A stretch of DNA of 39,039 bases from a virus (lineage: Duplodnaviria > Caudoviricetes): positions 1 through 39,039 of IMG/VR virus record IMGVR_UViG_3300043493_000025, one strand, 5' to 3'. The translations under genes and the position numbers were made by a program. This document shows, one piece after another, positions 10,092-19,902 of this stretch. The notes under the pieces were generated by a model. That model was not told where the DNA came from. It did not search any database and was given only the letters and a program-made list of their open reading frames with translations. The first letter of the stretch is position 1. The number at the start of each line of letters is the position of its first letter.

Positions 10092-10244
10092 ATGGAAACA
10101 CCGAAGAAAGAGTACCAGCCCGGCGAGGGCAGTGAGGTCGAGGTGCCGCCCGAGACTGTTGTCGAGGAAGGCTCGGGCGACTACGTCGAGGAAGGTGCCG
10201 ACGAGGATGATGAAGCGGTTGCCGACAACCGGAGCGATAACTGA
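10092..10244 (+). CDS. Small acidic protein (50 aa, not in ORF track)
   Basis: AAGGAG-TAGTTAG-ATG; METPKKEYQPGEGSEVEVPPETVVEEGSGDYVEEGADEDDEAVADNRSDN; TGATG coupling to next gene. Confidence 0.7.
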   Translation: METPKKEYQPGEGSEVEVPPETVVEEGSGDYVEEGADEDDEAVADNRSDN

Positions 10245-10642
10245 TGCTCACCGCTGGCTGCATGAAGTTAGACGCGGCCGGACGGGTAATCATTGCCATC
10301 GACGGGGTGCCGGTCGCCTTCAACGGCGGCACCCCGGTGACGGCGAGCGGCGCAATGGCGGCAGCAGCGGGTGCTCCCGATGTCTTCCTCGCCTCGTTCG
10401 GCTACGTGATCGACGGTGCGATCTGCGCTCGTAACATCGCGCCTGCAAATCCTTCGGGGCAGGGTGGCTTCGGGCGCGACTCGGCGGGTGGCCTGACGTT
10501 CGCGACGCTTGAGCCGATTGCCAGCTACATCGCGGGCATCCCGGTGACGAGCGACGGGCGCATCGCGGTGTCGCTCGAAGGGCCGCCGCCCGTTAATACC
10601 AGCGGCTTCGACAACGGCTTCGACGCAACTGCATTCCACTAA
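10244..10642 (+). CDS. Hypothetical virion protein
   Basis: Coupled start; internal repeat G.PVT.SG / GIPVTSDG; ends SGFDNGFD. Confidence 0.6.
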   Translation: MLTAGCMKLDAAGRVIIAIDGVPVAFNGGTPVTASGAMAAAAGAPDVFLASFGYVIDGAICARNIAPANPSGQGGFGRDSAGGLTFATLEPIASYIAGIPVTSDGRIAVSLEGPPPVNTSGFDNGFDATAFH

Positions 10643-10660
10643 GCAAGGGAGCGTTTAAAC

Positions 10661-11230
10661 ATGACGACCCGGTACACCGTCACCCAGTTGAATGCGGAGG
10701 CGGACGCCTTGCTGCCCGACAATACGACGCAGCAGATCTCTCCTGCCGATGTGCGCAATGTGTTGAAGCACATGCTATCTACCCTGCGGCTGTCAGTCGC
10801 GACGATGCGCCGCGACACCAACCTCGTGCTGCCGCTGTCGCCGACCCTGCAGACGATCAAGCCGTGGTCGGTCAATCCGTACGCCGACCCGCCCGAGAAT
10901 GTTGCCAACCTGACTACCGGGCAGATCACCAAGCAGGTCACGTCGCTCGGCAATGCGAAAGCGATGGACCGCATCACCTTCTACATCGGCGTGGCGGGCA
11001 CCGCAGGCGTCGAACTGACTTTCATCCTGTACCGCAACGGCGCGGCGACCGACATCATCGGGCGCGTGAGCACCGATGGCGCTGGCAACGTGCGCAACGC
11101 CGCGCTCTCCGGCGTGCTGGAGCACACCGACGACTCGGTGTACGAGATCAAGGTGAGTTCCACCAACACAGCTAACTACACGTTCACGAACGGCACGTTC
11201 CGTGTCGAGGACGTTTCGATCCCGACCTGA
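10661..11230 (+). CDS. Hypothetical virion protein
   Basis: AAGGGAG RBS; LLPDNTTQQISPADVR N-terminal motif; beta-rich C-terminal half. Confidence 0.65.
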   Translation: MTTRYTVTQLNAEADALLPDNTTQQISPADVRNVLKHMLSTLRLSVATMRRDTNLVLPLSPTLQTIKPWSVNPYADPPENVANLTTGQITKQVTSLGNAKAMDRITFYIGVAGTAGVELTFILYRNGAATDIIGRVSTDGAGNVRNAALSGVLEHTDDSVYEIKVSSTNTANYTFTNGTFRVEDVSIPT

Positions 11231-11246
11231 CTATAAAGAGACCACC

Positions 11247-11855
11247 ATGCGCGACGTATCACTCGAAGAACTTGCTGACAACATCAACAACCCGTCGTTT
11301 GGCGATGACCTGCTGGGCGTCGTGTTCTACAACCGCACCGTCGAAGACGCCACCAAGTCGGCCGAGGTCGGCCACCGTGTCTTCAAGACCCGCGACTATG
11401 TGAAGATCATGATTCCCGGCGACCGGCACAACATGATAGATAGGCCGGTGCAGCGCACTGGCACGCTGCCGACCGACGACATCATGCGCTTCCCCAAGCA
11501 GTGGCAGCGTTACCAGAACAAGCAGGAGCAGCAGGAGCACGAAGGCACGCCGCTCATGCTGTGGAACGTGATGCCTGCGCCGCTCGCCGAGGAACTGAAG
11601 CACCTCAACATCTTCACCGTCGAGCAGTTGGCGAACCTCGCCGACATCCACGCGCAGAAGATCCGGGGCGGCCCCACGTGGAAGCAGAAGGCGTCCGAGT
11701 TCATGAAAGCGCTCAAGGACACCGCGCTCGTTGGTAGGCTGCAGGTGGAACTCGCCGAGCGCGACAACACCATCGAGACGCAGGGCAAGGCGATTCGCGA
11801 TCAGGCCGACAAGATCGAGCGCATGTCGATGAGGCTCGCCAAGCTGGAGAAGTAA
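11247..11855 (+). CDS. Conserved-looking phage protein in the morphogenesis cluster
   Basis: YVKIMIPGD, RFPKQWQRY, EGTPL..W and IFTVEQLANLAD motifs; coiled-coil C-terminus; start taken at ATG 11247. Confidence 0.7.
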   Translation: MRDVSLEELADNINNPSFGDDLLGVVFYNRTVEDATKSAEVGHRVFKTRDYVKIMIPGDRHNMIDRPVQRTGTLPTDDIMRFPKQWQRYQNKQEQQEHEGTPLMLWNVMPAPLAEELKHLNIFTVEQLANLADIHAQKIRGGPTWKQKASEFMKALKDTALVGRLQVELAERDNTIETQGKAIRDQADKIERMSMRLAKLEK

Positions 11856-11858
11856 ACC

Positions 11859-12620
11859 ATGCCGCGCTTTTCGACCATTGGTGACATCGTCAACAGGACA
11901 GCGGTCGGGGTCGGCCTCGACCCTGTGGCAGACCCATTTGCGTCGGACGACCCGGCGCTGATCCAGCTACGCACGCTCGCCAATGAAGTCGGCGACACGC
12001 TGGTGATGACCGAGGATACGCAGTGGCAACAGTTGGAGCGCTCGGCCAATTTCACCACCGCGCTGGGTGACACGGGCATTTACGATCTACCGGTCGATTT
12101 CGGTTACATGATCGACCAGACCCAATGGCAGCAGGGAGCACCGGGCGCTGCCTACCCATTGCTAGGACCTGCGTCGAACCAGTGGTGGAGCTATCTCGAA
12201 GCGTCGGCTATCTATAGCGTTACTATCTACGCATGGTTTCAGGTGTCGAACGGCAAGCTGGCACTGTGGCCGCAGCCGCCCACGGTTGGCATCCCCATTG
12301 CCTACAAGTACACCAGCCGCTACTGGGTGCAGGACGGTACGAGTACGCCGCCGACGCTGGTCTACAAGGATCAGGTGCAGCAGCAGAGCGATGTGGTGCT
12401 GTTCGAGCCGATCCTGTTCGTCAAACTACTGAAGCAGGCTTTTCTCACCGCCAAGGGCTTCGACACCAGCAAGGTCGACGCCGAGGTGCTCAACGCGATG
12501 TCGGGAATCGGCGGGCGCGACAAGCCTGCGCCAGTGTTGTCGTTGAATGGTCCGCGTGCGTTCTCGCCGCGCCTGCTCGACAGCATTGTCAACGTGCCAG
12601 AGACCGGGATAGGTAGTTAG
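11859..12620 (+). CDS. Head-tail adaptor (tail tubular A-like)
   Basis: Size and position before the nozzle; YDLPVDF and LWPQP motifs. Confidence 0.7.
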   Translation: MPRFSTIGDIVNRTAVGVGLDPVADPFASDDPALIQLRTLANEVGDTLVMTEDTQWQQLERSANFTTALGDTGIYDLPVDFGYMIDQTQWQQGAPGAAYPLLGPASNQWWSYLEASAIYSVTIYAWFQVSNGKLALWPQPPTVGIPIAYKYTSRYWVQDGTSTPPTLVYKDQVQQQSDVVLFEPILFVKLLKQAFLTAKGFDTSKVDAEVLNAMSGIGGRDKPAPVLSLNGPRAFSPRLLDSIVNVPETGIGS

Positions 12621-14264
12621 GTGCTTCAGGCAGGCCAAAAATTTGCCGAGATTGCGCTGGGCAAGCGCAAGCCGCAGCGCCAGAACACCAAGCCCACGTT
12701 CTGGCCCGCAACGCAGGGCGGCATCAATGCCGTGTCCGCTGCGAGCGCGGTGCCGCCGCAGGATGCGCTGCTGCTCATCAACATGATCCCGTCCGAAAAG
12801 GGCGTGCGAATCAGGAAGGGCTGGATCGAGCATTGCCAGAAGGTGCCCATCGGTGATGGCGTCAAGACGCTCGTGCCGTTTACACACCAGAACGTCGACG
12901 CGCCGGTCGACAAGCTGTTTGCCCTAACTAGTGACGGCATCTACGATGCGACCACGGTGGGCGCGCTGCCGGTCAAGGTGATGGACTTTCCGACCAAGTC
13001 GGGCGAGGCTGGCTGGGCGCAGTGGACGCACTACACCACGATTGCCGGGCAGTTCATTCTGCTGTGCGACAAGGCTAACGGCTATTACGTCTACACTGCC
13101 GCAACCAATACATGGGCTATCGGCGTGGTAGTTAGCGCACCAGCGGGGCTGCTCGCTACCTCGCTGGTGTTTGTGATGGTGTGGAAGAACCGCGTCTGGT
13201 TCATAGAGAAGGACACCGGCACGGGCTGGTATCTGCCGGTGGGCGTGGTTGCGGGTACGTTGACGCCTTTCTACTTCGGCAACAAGTTCAAGTACGGCGG
13301 TTATCTCAAGTCGCTGTGGAACTGGACGCTCGATGGTGGTGAGGGTGTCGACGACTATCTAGTCGCCATCGGCAGCGCGGGCGACATGGTGGTCTACAAG
13401 GGCACTGATCCAGCCGCTGTTGCCACCTTCAACCAGAGTGGCTGGTGGTACATCGGCCGCCCCATGCAGGGCCGCAGACAAGGCGCGAGTATGGGCGGCG
13501 AGCTACTAATCGCGACCAACTTCGGCATCCTGCAAACGTCGAAGTTGGTCGCGGGGCAGCCCGCGACCGATGAAGCCGTGTCGATGAGCTACAAGATCAA
13601 CCCGGCGATCAATCAGGTGAGCGACCGGATGGCCGAGTTCTACGGCTGGGAGCCGGTGTTCATTCCGAAGGAACAGCTTCTGATGTTCATTACGCCGAAG
13701 GAAGCTGGTCAGACCTATCTACAGTTTGTGTTCAACACGGCAACACGCGGTTGGTGCGTGTTCGCGGATCTGCCGGTGAAGACCGGCGTGATGTGGAAGA
13801 ACAAGTTCTATTTCGGCACTGACGACAATCGGATAGCTAGTTACGAAGGTTTCCTCGACCACGTGATGCGCAACCCCATCGTTGACGGCACCTTCGAGCC
13901 TATTCAGTGGGAATCGCTCACCGGCTTTCAGGGATTCAACGAGCCCGCGATCTGGAAACGGGTGCAATTCATGCGCCCGCTGTTCATCGGGCAGTCGAAC
14001 CCGGTGTACAAGATCGTCGCGCGCTACGATTTCGACCTGACGCCTCCCGCAGGCTCTGCAGTCTTCCCCGCTACCTCGGGTGCGATCTGGGACCTTGGCA
14101 TCTGGGACTTCTCGTTGTGGGGTGGCGGCTACGTCACGACCAAGTCGCCGAAGGGCGGCAGCGGCATGGGTCGCTACGTGGCGCTGTACATGCGCGGGCG
14201 GGTGTCGTCGGAGTTGATTCACGTCGGCACCGATGTGCTCTACGACGTTGGTGGCATGCTATGA
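12621..14264 (+). CDS. Tail nozzle / packaged-DNA stabilisation protein (P22 gp10 / tubular B-like)
   Basis: 547 aa beta-propeller-like composition; GGIN, WKNRVWF, WTLDGGEGVDDYLV, VYKGTDP and WD...WD..LWGG motifs. Confidence 0.75.
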   Translation: MLQAGQKFAEIALGKRKPQRQNTKPTFWPATQGGINAVSAASAVPPQDALLLINMIPSEKGVRIRKGWIEHCQKVPIGDGVKTLVPFTHQNVDAPVDKLFALTSDGIYDATTVGALPVKVMDFPTKSGEAGWAQWTHYTTIAGQFILLCDKANGYYVYTAATNTWAIGVVVSAPAGLLATSLVFVMVWKNRVWFIEKDTGTGWYLPVGVVAGTLTPFYFGNKFKYGGYLKSLWNWTLDGGEGVDDYLVAIGSAGDMVVYKGTDPAAVATFNQSGWWYIGRPMQGRRQGASMGGELLIATNFGILQTSKLVAGQPATDEAVSMSYKINPAINQVSDRMAEFYGWEPVFIPKEQLLMFITPKEAGQTYLQFVFNTATRGWCVFADLPVKTGVMWKNKFYFGTDDNRIASYEGFLDHVMRNPIVDGTFEPIQWESLTGFQGFNEPAIWKRVQFMRPLFIGQSNPVYKIVARYDFDLTPPAGSAVFPATSGAIWDLGIWDFSLWGGGYVTTKSPKGGSGMGRYVALYMRGRVSSELIHVGTDVLYDVGGML

Positions 14265-14716
14265 GCACGCGGCCTATCCAGTTCCGCTCGATGAACTGCG
14301 AGGCAGACTTCCGCACGTTCACCGAGAAGACTAGCTACCATCCCGGCCCGCAGTTCGGCGGCATCGTGGCGTACATGATGCAGAGCGGACGCGAGCATGG
14401 CATGGGCATGGTCGGCTTCGATAGTTGGTCGCCACGTACCGTGATGGCGCACTGGTTCATTCGCTACCCGCGCTGCATCGAGCCGCTGTGGGCTGAAGCC
14501 GTGGACTACATCGCGCTCACGGGTCGCAAGGCGATCTTGGGCAGTACACCGTCTAACAATGACAAGGCCCTTCGCTCGATCCGCCACTTGGGGTGGGAAG
14601 AACTTTATCGAATCAAGGATGGCTGGGACGAAGGTGTTGATCTCGTAATCTCGGAGTACAAAATCCATGTCAGCAAATGCAATGCAGCCGTCGCCGTACG
14701 GCGGACAGCAGCCTAA
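14261..14716 (+). CDS. Putative GNAT-like acetyltransferase of the podovirus tail/ejection cluster
   Basis: ATGA-coupled start at 14261; TPSNNDKALRSIRHLGW motif; typical position between nozzle and ejection genes. Confidence 0.6.
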   Translation: MSTRPIQFRSMNCEADFRTFTEKTSYHPGPQFGGIVAYMMQSGREHGMGMVGFDSWSPRTVMAHWFIRYPRCIEPLWAEAVDYIALTGRKAILGSTPSNNDKALRSIRHLGWEELYRIKDGWDEGVDLVISEYKIHVSKCNAAVAVRRTAA

Positions 14717-15047
14717 CCAGCCGCCTAGCGGGCCGCCTAACAGAAGCATGTGGGGTGCGCCGCCGCCCATTGGTGGCGGAATGCCCGGCGGCATTCAAGC
14801 CGCGATGGGGCAGATGCGGCCACCGATGGGTGCGCCGCCGCAGGGTATGCAGCCCGGCATGCCGCCCCGACCGATGCAGCCGCAAATGCCGCAGGGACCG
14901 ACGCCGGGCGGGCCGCCTCCGGGCATGGGTGCGCCGCCGCCTCCGGGCATGGGTGCTCCCGGCCAGAGTGCTGGCATGCCGCCGCAACAGCAGCAGATGA
15001 TGGCGCAGGCGCAGGCGCTGCGCGGTCGCGGCGGTGGTCGTTACTAG
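14667..15047 (+). CDS. Pro/Gly/Gln/Met-rich low-complexity protein
   Basis: GGAG upstream of ATG; fills the gap to the next gene; repeated PPGMGAP. Confidence 0.6.
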   Translation: MSANAMQPSPYGGQQPNQPPSGPPNRSMWGAPPPIGGGMPGGIQAAMGQMRPPMGAPPQGMQPGMPPRPMQPQMPQGPTPGGPPPGMGAPPPPGMGAPGQSAGMPPQQQQMMAQAQALRGRGGGRY

Positions 15048-15058
15048 TTAGGTGCCAC

Positions 15059-16597
15059 ATGAGCAAGTCGACCCCCAAGGCTCCTGACTACGCTGCCGCT
15101 GCGCAGGAGCAAGCCAAGTCGTCCAAGGAAGTGACGGAGCAGCAGACGTGGGCGAACCGTCCCGATCAGGTGACTCCGTGGGGCACGGAGACGTGGTCTA
15201 ACGAGATGGTGTGGGACCCGGCGACCCAGCAGAACATCAACAAGTGGACGCAGAACACTTCGTTGAATGACCAGTCACAGCAGGCGCTCGACGCGCAGTT
15301 GGCCGTCACCAACCAGCGCAGCCAGCTTGCCCTCGGCGCGGGCAACCGGCTTGGCGATGAGTACGGGCAGGGGTTTGACTGGAACCAGTTCGGGCAGATG
15401 GCGCAGAATCCGAACGCGCCTATCTACCAGCAGCCGGGTGCGATGAAAGGACCTGCGCAGGGGCCGCAGTACGGCACGCAAGGTTTAAACGCATTCGGGC
15501 AGGCTCCAACGCAAGGCCAGTACTCAGCCGAAAATATCCAGCGCGGGCTCGACACCTCGGGCCTTCAGCAGTTAGACCCCTCGCAGCGCTACTATCAGCA
15601 GGCGGGCGATGCGGTCTACAACCAGTGGGCGAATCGCGCCATGCCTGCGCAGCAGATGGCGACCGACGCGATGCGCACGCAGTTGTACAACGCGGGCTTG
15701 AAAGAGGGCGATCAAGCCTACGACAACGAGATGGCGAAACTGCGCATGAGTCAGGGCGATGCGCAGCAGCAGGCGGCATTCCAAGCCACCCAAGCGGCAG
15801 GGGCTGAAGCCTCGCGCATGTACGGCATGGACCAATCTACCCGCCAGCAGCAGTTCGGCGAGCTACAGGGCGCGGGCAATTTCGCCAATCAAGCCTCGCA
15901 GCAGGCTCTGAACCAGCAGCTAGGCATCGGCGGCCAGCGCTACGACGAGTCGCTCGGCGGTGGCAACTATGCCAATCAGCTACGCCAACAGCAGTTAGGC
16001 GAGATGACGGGTCTCGGCCAGCAGAACTACCAGAACCAGCAAGCCTACATCGACGCGCAAAATGCGCAGCGCGCGCAGGGCCTGCAGGAGCAGATGGCGG
16101 TCGGCCAGCAGAACTACGCCAATCAAACTAGTCAGGCCAATGCGTTCAACACGCAGCGGCAGCAGCAAATCGCCGAGGCGATGCAACAGCGCGGCTTCAA
16201 CCTGAACGAGATCAACGCGCTCCTGACAGGTCAGCAGGTGAGCATGCCGCAGATGCCCGGTTTCCAGAACGCCGCTGCCTCGCAGGGGCTGCAGTCGTTG
16301 CAGGCTGCCGACATGACGGGGCAGGCAGCGCTCGACGCCTACAACGCCAAGCAGGCCGCGACCCAAGGGATGATGTCCGGCATCGGCTCGATTGCGGGCG
16401 GCTTCATGCCGTCGAGTCGTGCTGTCAAGCGTCGCGTGAGGCGCATCGGCACGACCCCCGGCGGCACGCCTATCTACTCGTTCCAGTACGTGTGGGGCGG
16501 ACCCAAGCAGATCGGCGTGATGGCCGACGAAGCGCCGCCAGAATCCGTTGTCAACATCGACGGGGCTATCTACGTCGACTACTCGAAGGTGACCTGA
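15059..16597 (+). CDS. Gln-rich ejection/pilot protein with C-terminal peptidase S74-like (intramolecular chaperone) domain
   Basis: Start MSKSTPKAPDY at 15059; ANRPDQVTPWG; C-terminal SSRAVK..IGT..G..IYSFQY...IGVMADE...VDYSKV. Confidence 0.7.
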   Translation: MSKSTPKAPDYAAAAQEQAKSSKEVTEQQTWANRPDQVTPWGTETWSNEMVWDPATQQNINKWTQNTSLNDQSQQALDAQLAVTNQRSQLALGAGNRLGDEYGQGFDWNQFGQMAQNPNAPIYQQPGAMKGPAQGPQYGTQGLNAFGQAPTQGQYSAENIQRGLDTSGLQQLDPSQRYYQQAGDAVYNQWANRAMPAQQMATDAMRTQLYNAGLKEGDQAYDNEMAKLRMSQGDAQQQAAFQATQAAGAEASRMYGMDQSTRQQQFGELQGAGNFANQASQQALNQQLGIGGQRYDESLGGGNYANQLRQQQLGEMTGLGQQNYQNQQAYIDAQNAQRAQGLQEQMAVGQQNYANQTSQANAFNTQRQQQIAEAMQQRGFNLNEINALLTGQQVSMPQMPGFQNAAASQGLQSLQAADMTGQAALDAYNAKQAATQGMMSGIGSIAGGFMPSSRAVKRRVRRIGTTPGGTPIYSFQYVWGGPKQIGVMADEAPPESVVNIDGAIYVDYSKVT

Positions 16598-16598
16598 C

Positions 16599-17255
16599 AT
16601 GACCCCGGAAGAATACAAGGCGCAGATGATGAGGCTGCATCCGGGTGCGTTCGGCATCAACGTGCCGGGTGCACCTGACGCGGCTCCGCAGGCTCCGGGC
16701 ATTTCTCCGGGGATGTTAGGCGGTGGCATGGGTGGGCCGCAGCCGCCACCTTCGCCGCTCGCTGCGCAGCCGCCGCAGATGGGACCGCCGCCGCAGATGC
16801 AGCCGCCTTCGATGGACGCCGCGCTCGCGCAGGGTCCGGGGCTGGAGCAGCAACTGCCGATGGTGGGACCGCCCAAGCCTGCCGTCGATCCGAATGCCAT
16901 CCCCGAGAGCGCGCTCGATGCACTCCTGCAGACTCCGGTCGATCAGGGCGAACTTACAGGCCTCATGGAGCAGCGCGAGCGCGCCAATGCGCTGCGCGAT
17001 ACGGCGCTGCCTGAAGGCAGGCAGGCGGGCCGCACGTTCGTCGCCGCGAATCCTCTGGAGTTCATCGGCGCGGGCATCAAGCAGTACCGGGGCGGCAAGC
17101 AGTCGAAGGCGCTCGACACCGAGATCGGCGGCAAGCGCGCCAAGATCGGCAAGCAGCAGGGTGAGTACACCAAGGAGGCCGCCAAGCAGGGCGGGCTATC
17201 TATTCTCTTTGACAAGATCAAGGGGAAGAAGAAAGACGATAACAGTTCGGACTAA
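16599..17255 (+). CDS. Putative internal virion/ejection protein
   Basis: Position in the ejection cluster; Pro/Gln/Met-rich N-half; PEGRQAGRTFVAANPLE motif. Confidence 0.55.
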   Translation: MTPEEYKAQMMRLHPGAFGINVPGAPDAAPQAPGISPGMLGGGMGGPQPPPSPLAAQPPQMGPPPQMQPPSMDAALAQGPGLEQQLPMVGPPKPAVDPNAIPESALDALLQTPVDQGELTGLMEQRERANALRDTALPEGRQAGRTFVAANPLEFIGAGIKQYRGGKQSKALDTEIGGKRAKIGKQQGEYTKEAAKQGGLSILFDKIKGKKKDDNSSD

Positions 17256-17260
17256 CTACC

Positions 17261-18211
17261 ATGCCTAGCATATTCGACCCGCTGATAAACGACCCCGAGG
17301 ACGAGGCGCAGAACAAGGCGCTGATCCAAGCGCTGCGCCAGCAGACCGCGCTCGGCATCGTGGGGCAGGGCATGGGACTTGAAGCCACCCAGCAGATAGG
17401 CCAAGGACTGCAGCGCGGCGCGCAGCAGTCCTTCGGTGAGGCGATGCAGGCGCGCGAGCGCGCCAAGCAGATGAAGATGCAGCAGCAGCAGATGGCTGCC
17501 GAGGCCGCGCAGCGAGCGCAGGCGCAGAAGAACTGGCAGGAGCAGATGGACGCGGGCAAGCGCCAGTTCAGCGCCATTGCCGATCCGATCACTGGTGCGA
17601 TGAAGATGTACAACACCTTCACGGGCGAGTGGCAAGACGGCACGGGCGGCACGCCTCCGGGCGCGAACGACAAGACACCGATGGGGCCGACCGGTTTTCC
17701 CAAGATTCCCGCTGGCATCAAACTACCCGAGAACGCCAGCAAGAATTACATCGGCTCGTCGATGCTGGCCGAGCACCTGCCTGCACTGGAGGGAATGATC
17801 GCGGGCGGCTATACGCCCAACCGCAAGGACCTGATGGCGGTTGGTCCGCCGATGCAGGGGGCTGCGGGCGCGGTGCAGAACATGACGCCGCGCGAGATGG
17901 CCGGACCCGAGGCGCAACAGTATTACGCCGTCGGCGGCAAGATCCTGACCGCCATCCTGCGGCCTGAGTCGGGCGGCGCGATCACCGAGGATGAATGGAA
18001 CCAGTACGGCCCGCTCTATCTACCGTGGCCGGGCGATGACGGCAAGACCGTGCAGACCAAGCTGACCGCGCTGCGCGAGTACATGCGCCGTCTGGCGGCG
18101 GCCTCGGGGCCTGCGGCGAGTTTCTTCGTCGAGCCGCCGCCGGGGCAGCCGGGCCAGACGGGTCGGGCCGAGCCGCGACCCGGCGACAAGTACTTGCCGC
18201 AGCAGCAGTAG
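17261..18211 (+). CDS. Putative internal virion/ejection protein
   Basis: Position; AILRPESGGAIT..E and YLPWPGDD motifs seen in ejection proteins. Confidence 0.6.
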   Translation: MPSIFDPLINDPEDEAQNKALIQALRQQTALGIVGQGMGLEATQQIGQGLQRGAQQSFGEAMQARERAKQMKMQQQQMAAEAAQRAQAQKNWQEQMDAGKRQFSAIADPITGAMKMYNTFTGEWQDGTGGTPPGANDKTPMGPTGFPKIPAGIKLPENASKNYIGSSMLAEHLPALEGMIAGGYTPNRKDLMAVGPPMQGAAGAVQNMTPREMAGPEAQQYYAVGGKILTAILRPESGGAITEDEWNQYGPLYLPWPGDDGKTVQTKLTALREYMRRLAAASGPAASFFVEPPPGQPGQTGRAEPRPGDKYLPQQQ

Positions 18212-18221
18212 GAGTAGTTAG

Positions 18222-19898
18222 ATGGCAGTGACACCGGAACAACTCCAGCAGGCCATGCGCGCCGCCCTGCAGGCGGGCGACCGGGAGGCGGTCGAGGATC
18301 TGCGCCAGCGCCTCGCCGAGTCGTACCGCTCCGAGTCGCAGAACGCGGCCATCGAGGGCACCGGCACCGGCCAGCGGTTGCGCGAGGGGATCGGGCAGGG
18401 CATGACCAATGTTGCCCGGCACATCGGAAACCTCACGGGGCAGGTGTCCGACGAGGATCTCGCCAGCGCCAAGCAGCGCGACGCTGCGCTGCTTTCAACC
18501 GGGGCGGGCAAGACGGGTGCCTTCTTGGGAGAAGTCGCCGCCACGGCCCCCGTGGGCGGTCTGGGCTTGGGTGCCGCACGGGCCGGGGCCGCCAAGCTCG
18601 GGGCGGGTGGCCTGACCCGTTTCCTTGCCTCGGCGGCCGGGGCTGGGGGCTCGCAGGGCGCAGCAGAAGGCGCTCTGCTGGCCGATCCCGGCGAGCGGCT
18701 ACGTGGGGCTGCCATCGGTGGCGCGGCAGGCGCTGCGATCCCGTGGCTCGGCGGCAAGGCATGGCGCGCGCTCACCCGAGGGGTGCAGGCGAGCGCCCCG
18801 GCCCGCTCCCTGATGCGCAAGGGGGTGGACTTGACCCCCGGCCAGATGAACCCCGAGGGGGTGCTCGGCCGCGCCGAGGAACTCACGGGGCGGATGTTCG
18901 GCGGTGTCGAGAAGGCGCGCGCTCGCGGCATGGGTGACTGGCGCACGCTTGCGCGGCAGGAGGGAGTCGCGCCACAGGTGCAGGGAGCCAATCGCGCGAG
19001 CAGTGCGCAGCGTGGCATGGCGAGCATGTTCGACGAGTTCGAGCAGGCTTACGATCCGGTGAAGGGCTTGCCCATCATGCCCAAGGTTTTCGGCAACGGG
19101 CCGCAGCCGACCTTGCAGGCGCTGTTTAAACAAGCTGCCGGTAACAGGGCCACGATGGCGACCGGGCAGTTACGCGGCGAGGTAGGTAGCTGGCTCGATA
19201 ACGCCGCGACCATGCTGCGCCGTGACGCGCAGGGCAACGTCCTGAGCGACGATCTGCTCAAGCTGCGCTCGCTCATCCGAAAGCAGGCGTTCGCGGCAGG
19301 CGACGATGAGGCGAAGCGTGTCATGTTGCACGAGGCCGAGCAGGCCGTGACCGACGTGCTGGAGTCGCAGGTGCATGGCAGCGCGGCGCAGGCGCTGCGC
19401 GCGGCGGATGCGAAATACGCGCAGTACAAACTACTCGAACAGGCTGGGTGGTTAGGGCGGCGCAATCAGGCCCCGACCGAGTTCACACCTTCGCAGTTGC
19501 TCTCGGCGGTCGGCCAGCAGACGGGCAAGGGAGCGTTCGTGCGCGGCGGTGGCGGGCCACTGCGCGCGCTTGCCGAGCAGGGCCGACAGGTGTTCGACGC
19601 ACGCGTCCCGCAGACCGGGTCTGCGATGGTGAGCGCCGCGCCGTACGTCGCCGCCTCGGCGCTGCTCGGCAAAGCTGGACTCGCCCTCGCCCCAGCGGTG
19701 GCGGGGCTCGCCATGACCCGCACCGGGCGCAGGATCGCAGCAGGCGTGACGCAGCCGCAGATGAAACTGCGCGCGCTCGCGGCGGCGCTGCGCAAGGCCA
19801 AGAAGCTCGCGGGCAGGAATGCCGGTGGCGTCACCGGGCGCGGACTCGGCACAGCGTATGGCGCGGCTGCTGGTGAGCGCTATTACAACGAGGACTAA
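18222..19898 (+). CDS. Putative internal virion/DNA transfer protein
   Basis: Ala/Gly-rich; GVDLTPGQ and FTPSQLLSAV motifs; last gene before the tail fibre. Confidence 0.6.
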   Translation: MAVTPEQLQQAMRAALQAGDREAVEDLRQRLAESYRSESQNAAIEGTGTGQRLREGIGQGMTNVARHIGNLTGQVSDEDLASAKQRDAALLSTGAGKTGAFLGEVAATAPVGGLGLGAARAGAAKLGAGGLTRFLASAAGAGGSQGAAEGALLADPGERLRGAAIGGAAGAAIPWLGGKAWRALTRGVQASAPARSLMRKGVDLTPGQMNPEGVLGRAEELTGRMFGGVEKARARGMGDWRTLARQEGVAPQVQGANRASSAQRGMASMFDEFEQAYDPVKGLPIMPKVFGNGPQPTLQALFKQAAGNRATMATGQLRGEVGSWLDNAATMLRRDAQGNVLSDDLLKLRSLIRKQAFAAGDDEAKRVMLHEAEQAVTDVLESQVHGSAAQALRAADAKYAQYKLLEQAGWLGRRNQAPTEFTPSQLLSAVGQQTGKGAFVRGGGGPLRALAEQGRQVFDARVPQTGSAMVSAAPYVAASALLGKAGLALAPAVAGLAMTRTGRRIAAGVTQPQMKLRALAAALRKAKKLAGRNAGGVTGRGLGTAYGAAAGERYYNED

Positions 19899-19902
19899 CT
19901 AA

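Noticed and set aside
14750-15058. Upstream extensions given in the ORF track (14750; likewise 13907, 22691, 35375, 36485)
   Set aside because: They overlap other genes or promoters; downstream starts with RBS or stop-start coupling fit better
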